Source: Yuukianura sp. NJ FZ-2021
Taxonomy: Eukaryota
Length of the DNA stretch: 64,000 nucleotides
Reading direction: 5' to 3'
NCBI GenBank assembly: GCA_046563655.1
Contig: CM102287.1
Location: 6,634,001 to 6,698,000, forward strand
Below the pieces are notes generated by a model that saw only the letters and a list, made by a program, of their open reading frames with translations, ran no database searches and was not told the origin of the DNA. Both the position numbers and the translations under genes were made by a program. Positions within the stretch are counted from its first letter, which is position 1, and each line of letters begins with the position of its first letter. Below are positions 49,083 to 63,748 of this stretch, one piece after another.

Positions 49083-52000
49083 CCTGTTGTTGAATGAAAG
49101 ATTAGTCGAAGAGAGGTCAGAGGTCAACAGAGTCCAACCTTGTAAAAATGGAGGAGTTGCAGAGGAAGTGAAACTGGACGGCGACTGACTGGCAAAGTTT
49201 TTGAAAAGTAAGGAGAAATTCTACTCCGAGCATCGATTTGAACCTCCCAAGCCAAGCTATTGACCAAATAATTTGATCCAACGGTTGCTATGGCAATTTG
49301 TTCAAACTTATTTTTCTGCAAAATTTTTATTTCTTTTGGACATAGTTCAGAAAAAATTGGTAAATATTGAAAAATGGTATTATGTAATTCATATTGGCCA
49401 GTGCTCAAGAGTTTTCATAAATTGGAGGAAGGCCGTTCTTAATTGAAACTTGGAGTCCATTGGGTATAATTTTTGGTGAAATGGGGTGCTTGGCAAAATA
49501 AGTTCGGAAACCGCTACCGCACATCAAACTTAATGACTTTCCCTTGCGTTTTCACCACGAAACTTGGCTTGTTCCGCAATAGAGACTAGAACTGGATGAA
49601 AGTAAGTTGATTCCCAACGCCATGGAGAAAGTTGGTGAAAGTCCTGTTGATGTCGTTGAGGTTTGGAGTTTCAAAAGGCATCAACCGCCCTCCGCCCTCT
49701 AATTTCCAACCAAGAACAAAGTGGATGATGGTCTTTTTGAAGCCAGGGAGAGAGCAACGCCTAGTCATCAAACTTTCATCCAGTCTCCATTTCCCAGAGG
49801 CCTATTTTCCATTACGCCTTCCATTAGGCTCCATCCCAAGCCAAAAGCTCATCTCGAGCATCATTTGACAGAAGATGCGGCGGAGAAAGTCATCCCAGTC
49901 GAAGGGAAGTGGAAGAAAGGAAGTTGGTCCAATTCAAATGGAAATGAAGAAGCATTCTTCTTTCTCCATTTCCAAGTCATCACTTTCTCCTTCTCTTGTG
50001 CAGTTGGTTCTGGCAGAGCAGTTGTGAGTCTCTTGGTTGGAGATAATTTAATATCCTCTTCCGTGGAATGGAATTTGATGTAATAGAAACTTTCCTTGGG
50101 AAGTTGAGTCATGGACTCACTCCAGTATCTTGCTATATCCATATGCTCCTGCGTCCGTGCCAGAGTAATAGACAGAGTAAGGGACAAGGGAGAGGATAGT
50201 GGCTGGATAATTTCCTTTTTACCAGACAAAGATTTCCAAGTATGTGGAGAGAGGAATGTGCGGGGAAAAGGCTGGAGAAAATAAGAAAGAGGCTGGAACA
50301 AAAAGTTTTGTAAGTTTCAGCCTGTCCGCTGCCCCTTAACTTTTCCCATCTCTGTAAATCGTGCTCCGACTTTGAAAGTTTGAACTGGACGCTGTACGTT
50401 TATTATTTTTCAGTTTCGGGTTCACTTGTTTTTCTTGTACTAGAAAAAAAAAGCTTTTCAGTAGTCGAAGTGCCGGCCGACAGACAACGGCGTAGGTCAA
50501 ACAATGTCACACTTTTTTCATGGTTCGCAGCATGTAGTTATAATTGAACTAACAATTTTGATTGATGATCTTCGTAGAAAGTTTTTTCACCACAAAACTG
50601 CTACTAGCACTATACATAAAAAATTCCCTAAATTCACAAATTCATATGACACATTTAGCTTGAAAACCGCAGAAATTTTGTTGTTAGAAGCGCGTGGGGT
50701 ACATATTTTGAATTTGAAAAGTAGTTTGAGAAACCCAGTTCTAAGCGTAACGTTATTCATCAGCCTCTTTTGTGCCTAAGCTGAAAACTTATAGCTTCGA
50801 TTTTCAATTTGTTATGAATTCTGTGCTTTCACTTCTGCTTTCTCAAACACAATTACCATAAATTCACAACTACAAGTTCCCGTCGTAATGAAAGTCATAA
50901 AGTGTGCTTAAACTTTGAGACAATGGAAGAGATCCTTAGGCTCCGAAATGCTGTGTAGCTTTAGGAATTGTATTTGGGAAGGAATAAAACTGTCAGGAGG
51001 TGGAGAATAAAGTGTGCTCATAAATAAAGTCGACAGGAAGGACAGGTTCAATTAATTTTGAAAAGCGATGCGCCAATGTATCCGTCTTCTGGTTGAGCTT
51101 TTCTGTATTGGACAAAGTCCACAATCGAAAAAGGTCACGGCAGTTTGACCTGGCGGGAGCATAGACATCTTCATTCAGGAACCTAATTCATGTTGTTCTA
51201 AATCTGAACTTTGACTTGAGGTTTCTTCTATTGTTTTTCTAAGGTTCTCGAGATCTTGTGGGTTGAAAATGTCGGCGGTCGAAAGAGCCCATTGAGGTAA
51301 GGATTTTGTTCTAAAAGCCTCCTAAGAGTTGCAATTAATTTCCAAGAGGCTTTTGTTTTGGGAAGTGTTTCAAGTGGAGACCTGAGCCAAGAATTATCCG
51401 TTTCCAAAGTCCTAGGACATGAAGTTACAAAAATAAAACAAAAGGAAATCTTTCCAACTTCTCCTATATCGACTCAACCTTTCAAGAGAGCACTGAAGCG
51501 TCGGCATTCCAACAACAAAAATAGTCCAGGACAAAACTGTACAGCAAAGGTCACTCGATTTCGAATTTGAAAAAATGTAAAATTCAAAATTTTCCACCTT
51601 CTCCATTTTTTAAATTTCGCCTCGCCCTAATACAATGTTCTAAATAACAAAAAAGTAAAATGATATTTGAATTTTTTTTCAAAAAGCTAACAAAATCGCA
51701 ATGGTGCTGTGTTTTGCGTAACTTTTGCCCTGGCATGCCTCACTTCACGTTAAGATAAAAGTTAAGAGTGATTGTCAAGTGAAGCGGATTTTGCTTTTGT
51801 TTCGGTTTTCGAAGGAATAATTAGAAGATGGTGCGTTGGCCTAGACAGGAAGGAACGGAGAATCTTAGAAAGCCATTGCTTTAAAAGTGTTTGAGACAGA
51901 AGTCAACCAGAAGGAATGGAGATCACAAAACATTCTTAAGAGACGCAAGAGAGAGAAGATGCTGCTTCTTCTGTTCGTAAATATGCATTTAGAAAAAAAG

Positions 52001-55000
52001 TAGAATTTAGTCTAGAAATTCCTTTGTAGTCCTCATCCTTGGCTCCTGTCGTTGGAAATTGCATCTTCTTCTTCTTGCTCCTTTCCTTTTCCTGCCTGAT
52101 GATGATTACTTACCATTTGTTTCGAAAACTTTTTCATTAAAAGTGTCGTCTTCCTCGTTATTTTTAACCATTAAAAACTATGGATGCAGCTTTTAAAAAA
52201 ATTCGAAAAAGAATAGGCACTTTCCACATGCTGCATTTTGAAGGAATTGCAGTGGAAAGTTTACCATTGAGAAGTGCTCATTTTTACTCTAAAAGTGGTT
52301 CTAAATTTTAACTTTTATTTATTATTGTCGTGCTTTTAAGTTGAAATGAGGTTTCTTTGCAAGAAATTATCAAAATTAACTTTAAAAGTTAGGCCAATGT
52401 AGTGCTTGTTACATTTTGGTTAGGTTTATGCTCGAGACATTCAATTTTTTACTAGGTTCGACGGAAGAAAGTGAGTAATGATGAAGTTGTCTTTGGTTGA
52501 CAAAAAAGGGCAGAAATCTCATCCTGTTTGAATGTTTGTTTTTAAATGTCAAAATTCATCATTTGAGCAAGTGATCTCCTCATAAATCCTGAATTCTAAA
52601 AGTTCAAATTCCGCCTGAAGGTTTATTTAAGTAGTTGAACAATACGTGTGAAAGTTTAGGCGTTGAAAATTGTTAATTACAAAAATTTGAGAGACGCAAC
52701 GATTACACAGCAGAGGAATCTTAAGCGTCGCCGCCTCGTTCCGCGTCGTGTGCTCATGATTACTGCTCCTACTGCTAGGAAAAATGAAGACCATTCCAAA
52801 AATTTGAACCAAAATTCAAAGAATTCCGGGGTAAGTTCCGTATACATTTACACTTAACAAAGCCAACCATGTCATCAACATTTCAGAAACTTAAAAGTTT
52901 TCGTTTCTTGTCAAATGGGCATCGTCCGCAGCATCTTTTGTACAAATTGTTTTAGTTAGGCAACCGATGTTACCACATTTACAAAGTATCCACCACAGTT
53001 CCTGTACGATGACACTTTGGAATTTAGGAATGTTCTTAAGAGCAGTTAATGGGGAGTGTAATTCCATTGTACCACTACTATACACATGGCTCACATTTTC
53101 AGCTTTATTCCAAGAACACAGCTAAAGTCTTTTGTTTACTTTCTTGAGTTGCGGTAGTGCGCAGAAGCAGAACCAATTTTGAACAATGGCTTTAATTACA
53201 CAACACTTGAGAAGTTGTTTCAGGATCTTTAGAGAGATTTCGAAAATATTCACAAAAGTAGTCTAAAAGCGGAAGTTTCTGTGGAAGTTCAGCGACTAGG
53301 CTGCTTAAACTGAAACCGTGGGCTGGAACCGTGGTTGCCATGTTTGGTCATTATAATGATTTAGTAGTGGGACAGTTGGAGAGGCGATGGTTGCCTGATT
53401 AGGCAGAAAACGGATAATTCATGATGAAACTGTGCACACACGGGAACTTGGGAGACAGCGGAAATCAATAACGCCCGGGTATCTCCTCCTCCTGCTCCGT
53501 ACAATTCCCAGGAGAGGACTAGGCGAGCACAGTGTCAAGTCAAAGTGCTCCTCATTTAGCAAATGTGGCAAATCTGCTTCCTTGTCAAAATTTTTAAGTG
53601 ACTAGTTTTTTAAAATTTTGGGAAAGAAAAAGTGTGGGGGAGGGGAACCTTATGCCGAAATGCCTTAATTTCTCACCATCTTTCGTGACTCGAAACTACT
53701 CTAGAGATTTCCATTTCGATAAGAATGACACAAGCCCTTTGCCTCCATTTCCAAATTTAATATTAGGCCTTGCATCATTAGTCATATTTGAAGAAATTTT
53801 CGTTTTTGTTTTTCCTTTTTGTAAAAAAAGAGCTTTCCAAATGAATTTTCCCGGAGTATATAAAAAAGCATCGCTTGTTAAACAATTTTTGCAATTCTTT
53901 CATGAAGTAATTTGGGATGATTTCCATTTCAGTTGTTTAACATTTTTTTAACAATTTAAGCTGCAAAATTTTTTTAAAAAATTAGGAATTTTGGAATTCA
54001 GTGGTTTTAAACTTGTTAAGTGAAAAGAGCGTAGAAGCGATCGAAAGCGACCTTTGCCTTGAATTTTATGTTCTGAATGTTTTAGAAATTGTTTTAATCT
54101 TAAACTACCTCCATTTATTTTCTCCTTCGTCGTCACTTTTGTTCCATGTCGTTTCGTTCCTGTTGTCGTCGTGGAAAGAATGGAAAATCGGAAGAGGACG
54201 AGAAAGCAGGGGAGATTCGTATCTCGCGTGTTCATTGGTAATAAAAGATCAAGTTTCTGTTGGGAGGTCCACTCCCAAGATCAAAGGGGTCCGTCCAGGC
54301 GGGGTAACAAAGGTGCCTTAGTGACTACCACTTCCCACAGAACAATGGGAAGCATAATTAAAATCTTATTATTTACTCTACCAGAGATACAGGAGACATG
54401 GACCAGGATGCTGGGCCAGCAATTCGCAAGGATTCAACTGAAGATCGAAGAACTGTGGAACCCAACTGGGTTCTAATTCACCTCTCCTGGTCCCAGTTAC
54501 TAATTAACCATTTGAACCGATTAGCCAAGTTCATTCCCAAGGAGCACTGAATTTATGATCATGAACCTAGTCCTCAGGGTTCAAGAGCCGCTCTTCGATG
54601 TTTCTCTTCAAACCATCATCATCACTTACTCATCTCTTGACTTTTATGCTTTTATGACGTGTGGTGACACCACTACGCCCAGAGAATACGCAATTTTTCA
54701 AGTTTGTTTTGCAATAGTACTTGACAAAAAAAAAAACTTTTGATTTGCAGCAGTTTATATCAAGACCTTCAAAAATTTGAGTTTCAAGCAGAAACTTTCA
54801 GCTTTTTGAGACACGGTGGATAAAAAGTATCAAAATAAAAGTTTTTGAAAAATGAATTTTTCGTACTTGTAGCACTTTGACGACATTTGAATTTTTGCGA
54901 CTCAGAAGTTGGCCTGTTGTGGATGCCATGCTTCAGTTCAAATTCGCCTTTCTTCCAGTAAATGTAACTATTTGTGAGTTTTCTATTTTTCAGACTAATA

Positions 55001-58000
55001 AATGTTTGTTTTGTTTGTCTATTTTTTATTAAATATGCACTGAAACACTAAGCTTTTCTGAACAATTGAGATGAATCATCTATGTCAATCTTAGTGAATC
55101 TTCATTTTTCATTTTTTCCAAGTCTATTAATAATTCAACTCAGAAGATGAAGATATCAAAAAGGAAAGGTCAGGGGGTCAGCCCTCTGTCAAAATTTCTT
55201 GGTTCACATTAGGTTCTAAAGTTCTAAACAGATTTTCAAGCTTCTTTTTTGAAAAATGTCATTTTGTGAAATACGTGTTTCTTGTGCCCCTAAACGCCCC
55301 AGAGTCTGAACATCTTCTCAGAAGGGATCCACTTAAGCTACCCAGACACATTTGTCAAAAGATGAGCAAGTGACTTGAGTAAGTTGGATTCAGCTTCAGG
55401 ACTTTCAAGAGAGAAAGTGATGAAGATCTAAGTCCGAGTTGTCTAAATTAGTAAAGTCCTAAAAAATAAAAGTTTTGTGATCAATGTTTTGTGGATTGAA
55501 GCTCAAGAGCTAAAAGCGGCCATAAAAGAATGACAATGATGAGAATGACCCGTGAGAAAGTTCTGGACAAAATATTTTAGTGTTTTTTTTTCAAGCTTCA
55601 AAACGGGTTAAAATGGATCTCTTTTCAAAAGCGAGTCCCTTGAAGTCGACGCCGAAGTTTTTCTGTTCTGTAGATCTGAGAGGCTGATAGGGACGGTGAC
55701 TTCGGAAGGTGCCGATTTGACAACGACGATGAACCTGAAGATCAAACTGACTACGTGAACCTTCCAAGAATTGAAAATGTTAGGCTATTTGGGAAATCAA
55801 CAGAAAACTACCACGAAATTGTTAACTTCACTGAAAAGTTTCAAAACAACATAGGACAAGAAATTATTGGTTGCTGGTCATTTATTGAACTGTTGGGGGC
55901 ATTCACAAAAGCTCCTGTCTTAAAAAATTTTCTTGTTTTCTGAAATTTTTTCTTGTTTTTTGAAACTTCTCTGAGTTCCAGGTAATTTAACATGTTTGAA
56001 GATTTAGGTGTTTCAACTCCCTTGTTCATTAAATTTTAATTCTCGAACATTAAATTAGAAGAACTAGCTCTTACTCCCCGTGTGGCCGAATTAATTTGAT
56101 CACAGTTTGAAAACTACCGAAGGATTTCCTATCCAACTGTCGTTTTGTCCAAGTACTTTTCAAATGTAAAATTCTGTTTAAAAGTACTACTAAGGTGCAG
56201 ATGCTGAGCATTGGCTGTTGGGGGTGACTTAACCCGTCTTGTTCTTGATCTTTTGTGACTGTGGAAGATGTGATGGGAAAAGACAAGGAACCGGGAGAAC
56301 TGGTCTTCATCCCTTGGAAGATCATAAATTGAATCTAACGAACTCTTCGCACCTTGATTTATGAGACCATTGTCATCTCTTTGCTTAGTGTAAACTGGGA
56401 GTAAGCATTAAAACCTCCATTGGCTCTAATGACCCCTCTACAGAAGCAGTAACTTGGTTGATTTAAACAAATAAAAATAAAAAATGGGAAAATAATTACC
56501 GCATTTTGCAAAGTTGTTTGCAAAATAGTTTGCCAAATGGCGAATTCCTAGTAGAGGACCTGAATAATGACGATGAAAACAAAGGTGGAAGGAAGCGGGA
56601 GTGGTTGTCACCTCAAGTGCTTATGCTTAGGGGGCAAGTGATTACAATTAAGATGGACAAAGTGTCTTGTCATGTCATGCGCAGTGGGATGTCACTTTTT
56701 CGTTATAAGATTCCTATCTAAATTTCAACACTGAGCAGTGTTTTTCACTTTTACTTTTTGTTGACCAGTAAGACACGCTGTCATCAGCGTGATCTCAGAG
56801 TGTGAAAGCGTGAATTAATTTTGAACTAAATGTTTCAAAAATTTTGAAATTCTGGAAGCCAATAAATTGAAAAGCGCACTATCCGTTATGCATTATGTGG
56901 AAAAAAGTTAAAAATTTCTTTTCTATGCGTAGACTATTGCTTTGTTGGTCACTTTTTGTCCGTGGATAAAAGGAGCAGCAATTCACAGTTTTCGTTAAAA
57001 ATTTATTGACGTTCAAAATTTGAAGAGTTAATTTTTTTTATGTTTGGTGACAATTCCGAATTTCTTTTATACTTTCTCATTGATCTGCTCATTGATAGCT
57101 GAATTCGCTCCAGTTCAATGTCTCTGCACTCTCGAGAGGTCGATCACATCTAGTCTTCGTGTGTCGCCGCTTTCTCCGTTACGAAGTTACATTGATGTTG
57201 ATGTCCCTACGATGTATCTATGGAAATGGATCTGAAGCAACCGGAGAAAGTGAAACGTTGGCAAAACACGATGACGCTGGAAAGATCGAGTTTCGATGGA
57301 GGACAGCATGAAAAAGGCCATTGTGTCTCTCGAGACTTATGCTGTGCCTAGTGTTAGGTAAACTGTTCTGGAGTAAGAAGGTGGGACTGATCCCAAAGTG
57401 GCTTTCGGAGGGGGAGAAAATCCACGATGGGAAAAGTTTAGAAAGGATTTTGGGACCGCCTCCCAACCAACATGCGCCTCCGTCCCACAGTCACAAACAG
57501 TCACTTCTATTGTCATCTTCCGCCAGCCAGAGATCAACTTCCACTTCTGCCCAAGATCCTCTGAGCTAAAGCCACAACACAGCCTCCTACGGACACTCCA
57601 GCTAAACTTAACTTCGAGTGTCGAGAACTTAGCTCTTTTCGGCTATTTAGCTTAATTTCTGCGTATCAAATTCCTTTGAGCAAGTGCGTCTTGCTTAAAA
57701 CGTTGAAAGTGAACATCCCCAAAAATTTCAATCGCGTTGCTACAAAACGTGACTGAACAAAAGCAGTATCCACATCCAGGCTGTGTCTGAAACTTAGAAA
57801 AGTTCGACGTCAATTGTTTAAAAAACTGTTGAAGGTTTCCCTAAAAAAAAATTCGAAGTTGGGAAACTGCTTCTTTCTGCAGCACAAGTTATCAGTAGCA
57901 CCGAAATTTTCTTCCGGGCTGCTGAACTTTGACCCTTGTTGTGCCGTTTTGACGCCAAAAGTGGAAAACTACGTTAATTCGAATTTCTTAAGGCAGAAAA

Positions 58001-58548
58001 TTGTGCAAAGTGCAAATAAACTTAACTATAGTTGAATTTCGTGCAATGTGAAAGTTGTTAGCAGGAAAACGTGACCTGAGCATCCAGTTCCAAACTGACA
58101 GAACAAGGAGATGAAGTGAGATAAAAATTAAACGCGAATTCATGTAAACCTAGGCCCTTCCAAAGTGACTTTTCCTCAATTCGTGACCTTTGTTTTGGCT
58201 GGACATGTTACTTGTCAATGCAAACTAACAAGCAAAACATCTATGAAATCTTCATTAAAAATTCAGGCTTTACAATTCTTAGTATTCACCGCAGGACCCT
58301 ACTCCAGGAAAGTGAATTCTACGTTTGATTAACTGCGGCATTCGACGCGTCACTCCAAATCCTACCTAAAACATTCGTGCGGTTACAGACTTTTCAAAAA
58401 CTTAAAAAAAAAAACTTTCTTCCCCGTTTTTTCTTGGTAAAAAAAGTTTTTTAAAACCCTGTTTTGTTTTTAGTGACACTTTTATTAAGGTTAGGTTTCA
58501 AAGGTTTTTGTTTAGTGGCAAAGGGAGGGACTCCTCGAGGTTGTAAAA

Positions 58549-61500
58549 ATGAGTTGTACAGTGATGTATCAGCCCTATGCTATGTCCTACTCCTCATCCG
58601 CATCTTCAGCTTCATCTTCTTCATCTTCATCTGCCTCATGTGAAAAATCATCTTCTGCTGACAAGGTGAGTCTCTCAGCTTTTCTAAGATGACAGCTCAA
58701 CAATTTGTCAGTTGAGAATCAAATGAACTTTAACTTTTGCAATGAGGAACTTTGAAGCAATGAAAGTTTAGAAAAAATGGTTTAAAAAAATGATGGCAAA
58801 ATGTAATTGTTACTCCGCCGGAGTGATTGAATTGGACAGAGTTTGAGTAATCGAGTAAGTCGTGGTACCCGGCGGATTGTAGAGTTCCCATGCAAAAAAG
58901 AAATCCGACACCAGTTTTGAAGTAGCTGGGAAGATGCAATTTACCAGGGTAGATTGAGTCATAAAAGTCATTCATTTAAGAAAGATGCAAATGTTATGCT
59001 ATTACAGATTATAGAAAATTATGATCTCAATTATTAAGTGCTAATCAGGAGGCATGACCAGCGCAAATGGAATTGAAGCGAAGACGAAGAGGAGGCGGCG
59101 ACAATCAGGAGTCAGCGATTTTTTTTTGTATTGGCAATATTTTTGTGACTTGAAAGCGATATGCCATTAACTTTGAATCGATACGCTGTTAGATTTGTAA
59201 TTGGCGATGACGCAGTAGTTTAAAACTTCAAATCCATTGAATGACTCTGTTCTGTAAAAGAGGAAATGATCTTGCAATTGTAATTTTTTATGATTTTGTA
59301 AAACATGATTTCAAAAACATATTATGGGATCAAGTTAAAAAGTTTCGCTGTTTAGTACTATTTTTGTTTTTAGCAATTAATTCAGATTTTGTCAAAGTTT
59401 TTTTCCTGTTCTGTTCCTTTGTTCCTACAACTTCGTTCAAAATTCAACGAATAAATTTGAAAATTATTTGCTTACGACAGTGTTCTACTTTTTTACAAAA
59501 ATTAACCTAACGGTGTTAAATCCAAAACTTATTATTTTTAATGAAAATTTTCAGAAGGTGTTTAAACTACCCCAAGCTCCTTCACCACCAGACTCTCTTC
59601 ATTCGGATGCATCACCCTACAACAGTCCTGGACCTTCCATCTCAGGCCAATCTTCTAATCACTCGCAATCCCGGCGACCTTTGACCCCCGGAATTTCCCA
59701 TTCAACCTCTCAGCATCTACAACTGACACCTCCTTCAAGGTCAAGCACTTGCACCACAACGTCTTCGCTCCTTGACGACCATCAAGATGGCGGCGGAACG
59801 AGTGCCAACAGTTCTCCAAGACACAGTCATCACCACCAAAGCCACATTCACCATAGTCACTCTCACACGCTCAGTTCAAGACACCATGGAAGTGGTCAAG
59901 GACACACAAGTACTCATGGACAAAGCAGCAGTCAGGGGTCATCGACTGCCAGAGCTGGTCCGAGTGGCAACCAAGTCCAGTACTTGTCAGGGAATGCTGC
60001 AATTTACATTAACTACAATGGAGATGCTTCCAGAACAGTGGACGAACATTTCAGTCGAGCTCTCAGCGAGGCTTACTCTAACGAAAAAGTCTCATCAAAA
60101 TGTAAGTTCCGTGCTGTTTTCATTTTTATTTTAGCGACAAAACTATTTTTTTTTAATTTTAAAATTTCGAAATTGCGCTGCTGATTTTTGAGTTTTAGAA
60201 AAGAAAAGTGAGAGATGTCATAAATAAGTATAAGTTCATAGAGGTTTTAGGTTTCGTGTCAGCGGTGAGCATTTGGGTCGCATTGTGTTCTGCCTTTGAA
60301 ACATGTTTTCAACTTGTAATGTTTTTTTTAACTTCAAGGGTTCCAGGATTTGAGGGAATTTGGATAGATTTTGGGATGAGTTTAAAAGAGGGGTACTTGG
60401 ATTCGTTATTTATGTTATTCTTTGTCATGGATTCGTAGGTGTTCCATTCTTTTTAGAAGGAGACTGACACTTGGAGCACTTACTGTCACTGACTCTTTGT
60501 CTTTGTCCTACAGTTACGTTGTTCTGTTTGAGCACTGGCAAGGGGCAGGAACATGGCCCTGCCTCTGCCATTACATATTTTATGTCCAAAGACGTTTTAG
60601 TCCATGCACAGTCAGACTTTGGTGGAAGTAAGTGGAGAAATGTGGCTAATATTTTATAGGAAATAAATCCTGGGTAACGACCCATTACGACAATGAGACA
60701 GTGAATGAATGCTTTCCACTTACGCCAAGGGAAAGTAGTTTCTAAGTTCACACGCAATGAAAACAAAAAGAAAGTGAAACAGTACCTAAAACGAAAAAAA
60801 AAATTAGGTACAAAAAACGATCTGCTTATTTTGTCCATCAGGAAAAAAGTTTCACTTTTCTAGGGAAAGTTTTTTAAGTCGATTTAGCGACTTTGGAAAT
60901 TCTTGAAGCTTTATTGGAAGATATTTTTTCTATTTTCATAAAAAACTGAATTCTAGGTGCAAGTTTTCGAATTTAGGAATTCAAAATCAAAGAAATCAGA
61001 GTTCGACAACGCCGGATAAAGAAAAACAGCAGTAATACGTCATGAGTTTATTGGTTTATCAGTTGATTGGCTTGAATTCAACTGCAGAACTCATGCTTTA
61101 TTTCGTTTGCGACTGCACAAAGTCCAAAATTTCTGCATTCAGCGTCATATCCTTTTCCCGTGCTCGATTTCCTGGAGGGTTAAGGAAGTGAAAGGCTTAA
61201 GGATCAGATTGTTGAAGTTAAGTCAAGGGTCAAGATGATTTAGGACTAAGATGGTGTAGGGACAACGAGGAAATGAGGCAGGGGGACTTAAGTCCTCATG
61301 TGTTGTCATTGTCACATGGGACAGAGTCTTCTTGTCTTTTCCTGGAATAATGTGTGTTACTTGAAGTGTTCTTTCAGTAAATCTTGAGTTCCGGCATATG
61401 GAAGAACGGGTTGATTTCCTTGGAGCGTCCAGTCACTCTTCCGTTAAAGCAGGGACACAGATGTGGGTTTGCCATTGGAGATTCAGCTCTTGACTCACAC

Positions 61501-63748
61501 CGACTCACCACATTAGCGTCATTCCCGTCACCTTCCAAAAATGTACAGTTTCTTCTACACTTCTAAAGTTCTTATTTCCATTTGTAGAGTTGGGTGCTCA
61601 AAAGCCCACCTAAAGGAACCGACTGACCTTTGGCGGAAGTCAGAAAAGACGCACTTCCGCTTATTGACTTCCTCTGGAAAGTTCGAATTATCAACACTTA
61701 TCCTCACTTTTCATCTGCTGGACATGAAGCTACTTAGGAAGCTACTTAAGCACCTCTAGGTAGTATGTGTAAACAGACTAAAACACTTTCCGTCCACCAA
61801 TTCAATGAAATTTTTCAATCTTATAGATTTTCCATTCCGCTAAAGGATTGCCGAGATCCATATCAAAGACGGTTAAAATATATAATAGCGTAATATTTAG
61901 TTTTGTTATTAGCAATTTTGCAATTTTTGTTTGAATTCTGCAAAAATTAGATATGGATTTTCCAATTCTTCTTATGCTTTGCGTCACTTAAGATCATGCC
62001 AGAAAAATTGAGTTTGTGCAAATCGGGTTCCCAATTCCACGTCGCGCATATCATGCCTGGAAGTTTTGTAATACGACACTTTCGGTATTCGATATTTTAC
62101 TAGGAAAATGTTGAATATAACTACATTAAGTGATTGTCATGAAAAGATTTGTTGCTAAAGTTTAACTTTATGCCTTCATGAATATTCCGACTGTGAGAGT
62201 GATGGGTCATAACGTCAAGGGAGCATTAGTGGTACTGGAGCTGATGCACCGAATGTCAGCGCTTAATTAGACGCACATGGGAAGATGTAGTGTGTAATTG
62301 GGAAGGTAGGATTACAAGGGAGATGTCACAGATAAAGAAACCAAGAAACACCAAATGTTGGAAGTACATTGGCACAACCATAATTTGGAACGGAAATATG
62401 GTTTCTGATGACAGGAACACAGAAATAGGAGGATCCAGGGCCTCAAGTACGCAGTCACTCAATGATGACGCTTCAACTGAAATCTGGAGTGCGATTTCAG
62501 TCTCTTAACTTCCACAATCCACAGACACAAAGTCCCCAGCTCCTTAAAAGTTTTTTTCAAAGTGATTTTTTCTAAACTTATAAAACCCTTCCTGGAAATA
62601 ACTGGAAATAACATTTCCATTACACAATACTTTCAAAAAAAATTTTTTTTTTTGATTTTCTTATAACTGGAAATCCACAAAATAGACTTTAGCTGCGAAA
62701 AAGCAACTAAAACTTCATTAAAACTGTCAAGTAGTGACAAGTTAGATTAAACCTGTAACATAAAATGAGCTTTGAAAAAAAAAGTACAATTTCATTTCTC
62801 CATTTGCAAATCCGGTTTATGGTATTTGGATTTCACTTCCTAGGCCTTCCAATGTCGATGCGGAAATTCCCAGCTTCCTTTTGGAATTCAGCGTACCAAC
62901 CGACTAAATCGCTGACAAACTATGGTGCTGCTGCAGCGGAATTCTATGGAGCAGTCGACTACGGTAGCAGCCTCTCCAGCCTCGGTCACCACCACCAAGC
63001 AGATCCTTGGCACTACCAACTCCCACCTCCACATCAGACATATCACCACAGGCCCACCGAAATACCCTACCCACCAATTACCTCCTCCAGGTTAGAAATG
63101 CCTCAAAATCTCAATTTCCTTTAACATTGACTTTAAAATCAAAATTTTAAGTTATATTGATGTTTACAGAATTGACGCTGTCAATTCTTGTATTTTCTAG
63201 ATTTTCAACCCCCTCTTTTGGTTAAAATCCAGTTTTTCAATCTGGGAAAGCCCAGATTTTCCTGAACTTTTCAGAGTCTGGTTTTACCCAGTTTTTCTTT
63301 AGTTCAGTTGGAAAGTTACTGAACAATTGATAAAAAGTAAAGAAAGACTTGCAGTTGCAACAACTTTTCTATTGTACAACCTCAACGTCATTTTATCATA
63401 ATATTTTCAAATCCCACGTTTAAGGAATTACATCAAAAGTTGTAGATTATTCAGAAAACCGATGTTATTTTTTAATAATTAAAATCAAAAATTTCAGATT
63501 CAATGCAAGTCAATACGGGAGTTTTCTGCTTGCTGGAGCCGCAGCAAGTTCTGGTGCTGGACGCTTTGGAGGCATGGCCACTTCTGGGCAATGTGGTGTC
63601 GTCAATGTCAAGGGCGTGGGTGACGGGGGTAGTTGGCCTGGCGGGCGTTACCACCATCACCACCACGACTCACATGCGCTCTCTGACCTTCATAACCTCG
63701 CAGACTACAGCGCCGCCGCTGCCGCACACTATTCAAACATGGCTGCAG
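58549..63748 (+). CDS. vg: vestigial / VGLL transcriptional co-activator, 3'-partial; exons 58549-58665, 59555-60101, 62844-63090, 63498-63748
   Basis: N-terminus MSCTVMYQPY, Tondu domain QYLSGNAAIYINYNGDASRTVDEHFSRALS, PMSMRKFPASFWNSAYQ, ADPWHY, QYGSFLL, AAAHYSNM. All junctions are GT-AG and in frame. The terminal exon was not found in the window. Confidence 0.93.
58585..58657 (+). repeat. TCN-rich coding microsatellite (poly-Ser) in vg exon 1
   Basis: tcc tca tcc gca tct tca gct tca tct tct tca tct tca tct encodes SSSASSASSSSSSS. Confidence 0.7.

Noticed and set aside
49586..50301. Minus-strand 146-aa ORF and neighbouring ORFs upstream of tektin
   Set aside because: No recognisable domain or splice chain. 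A decayed element cannot be excluded but is unsupported.
57044..57655. Cluster of short overlapping ORFs before vg
   Set aside because: More likely promoter or 5' UTR of vestigial; no coding signature.
60208..62508. ORFs inside vg intron 2 as possible nested genes
   Set aside because: Short, compositionally intron-like, with no motifs or consistent splice chain.
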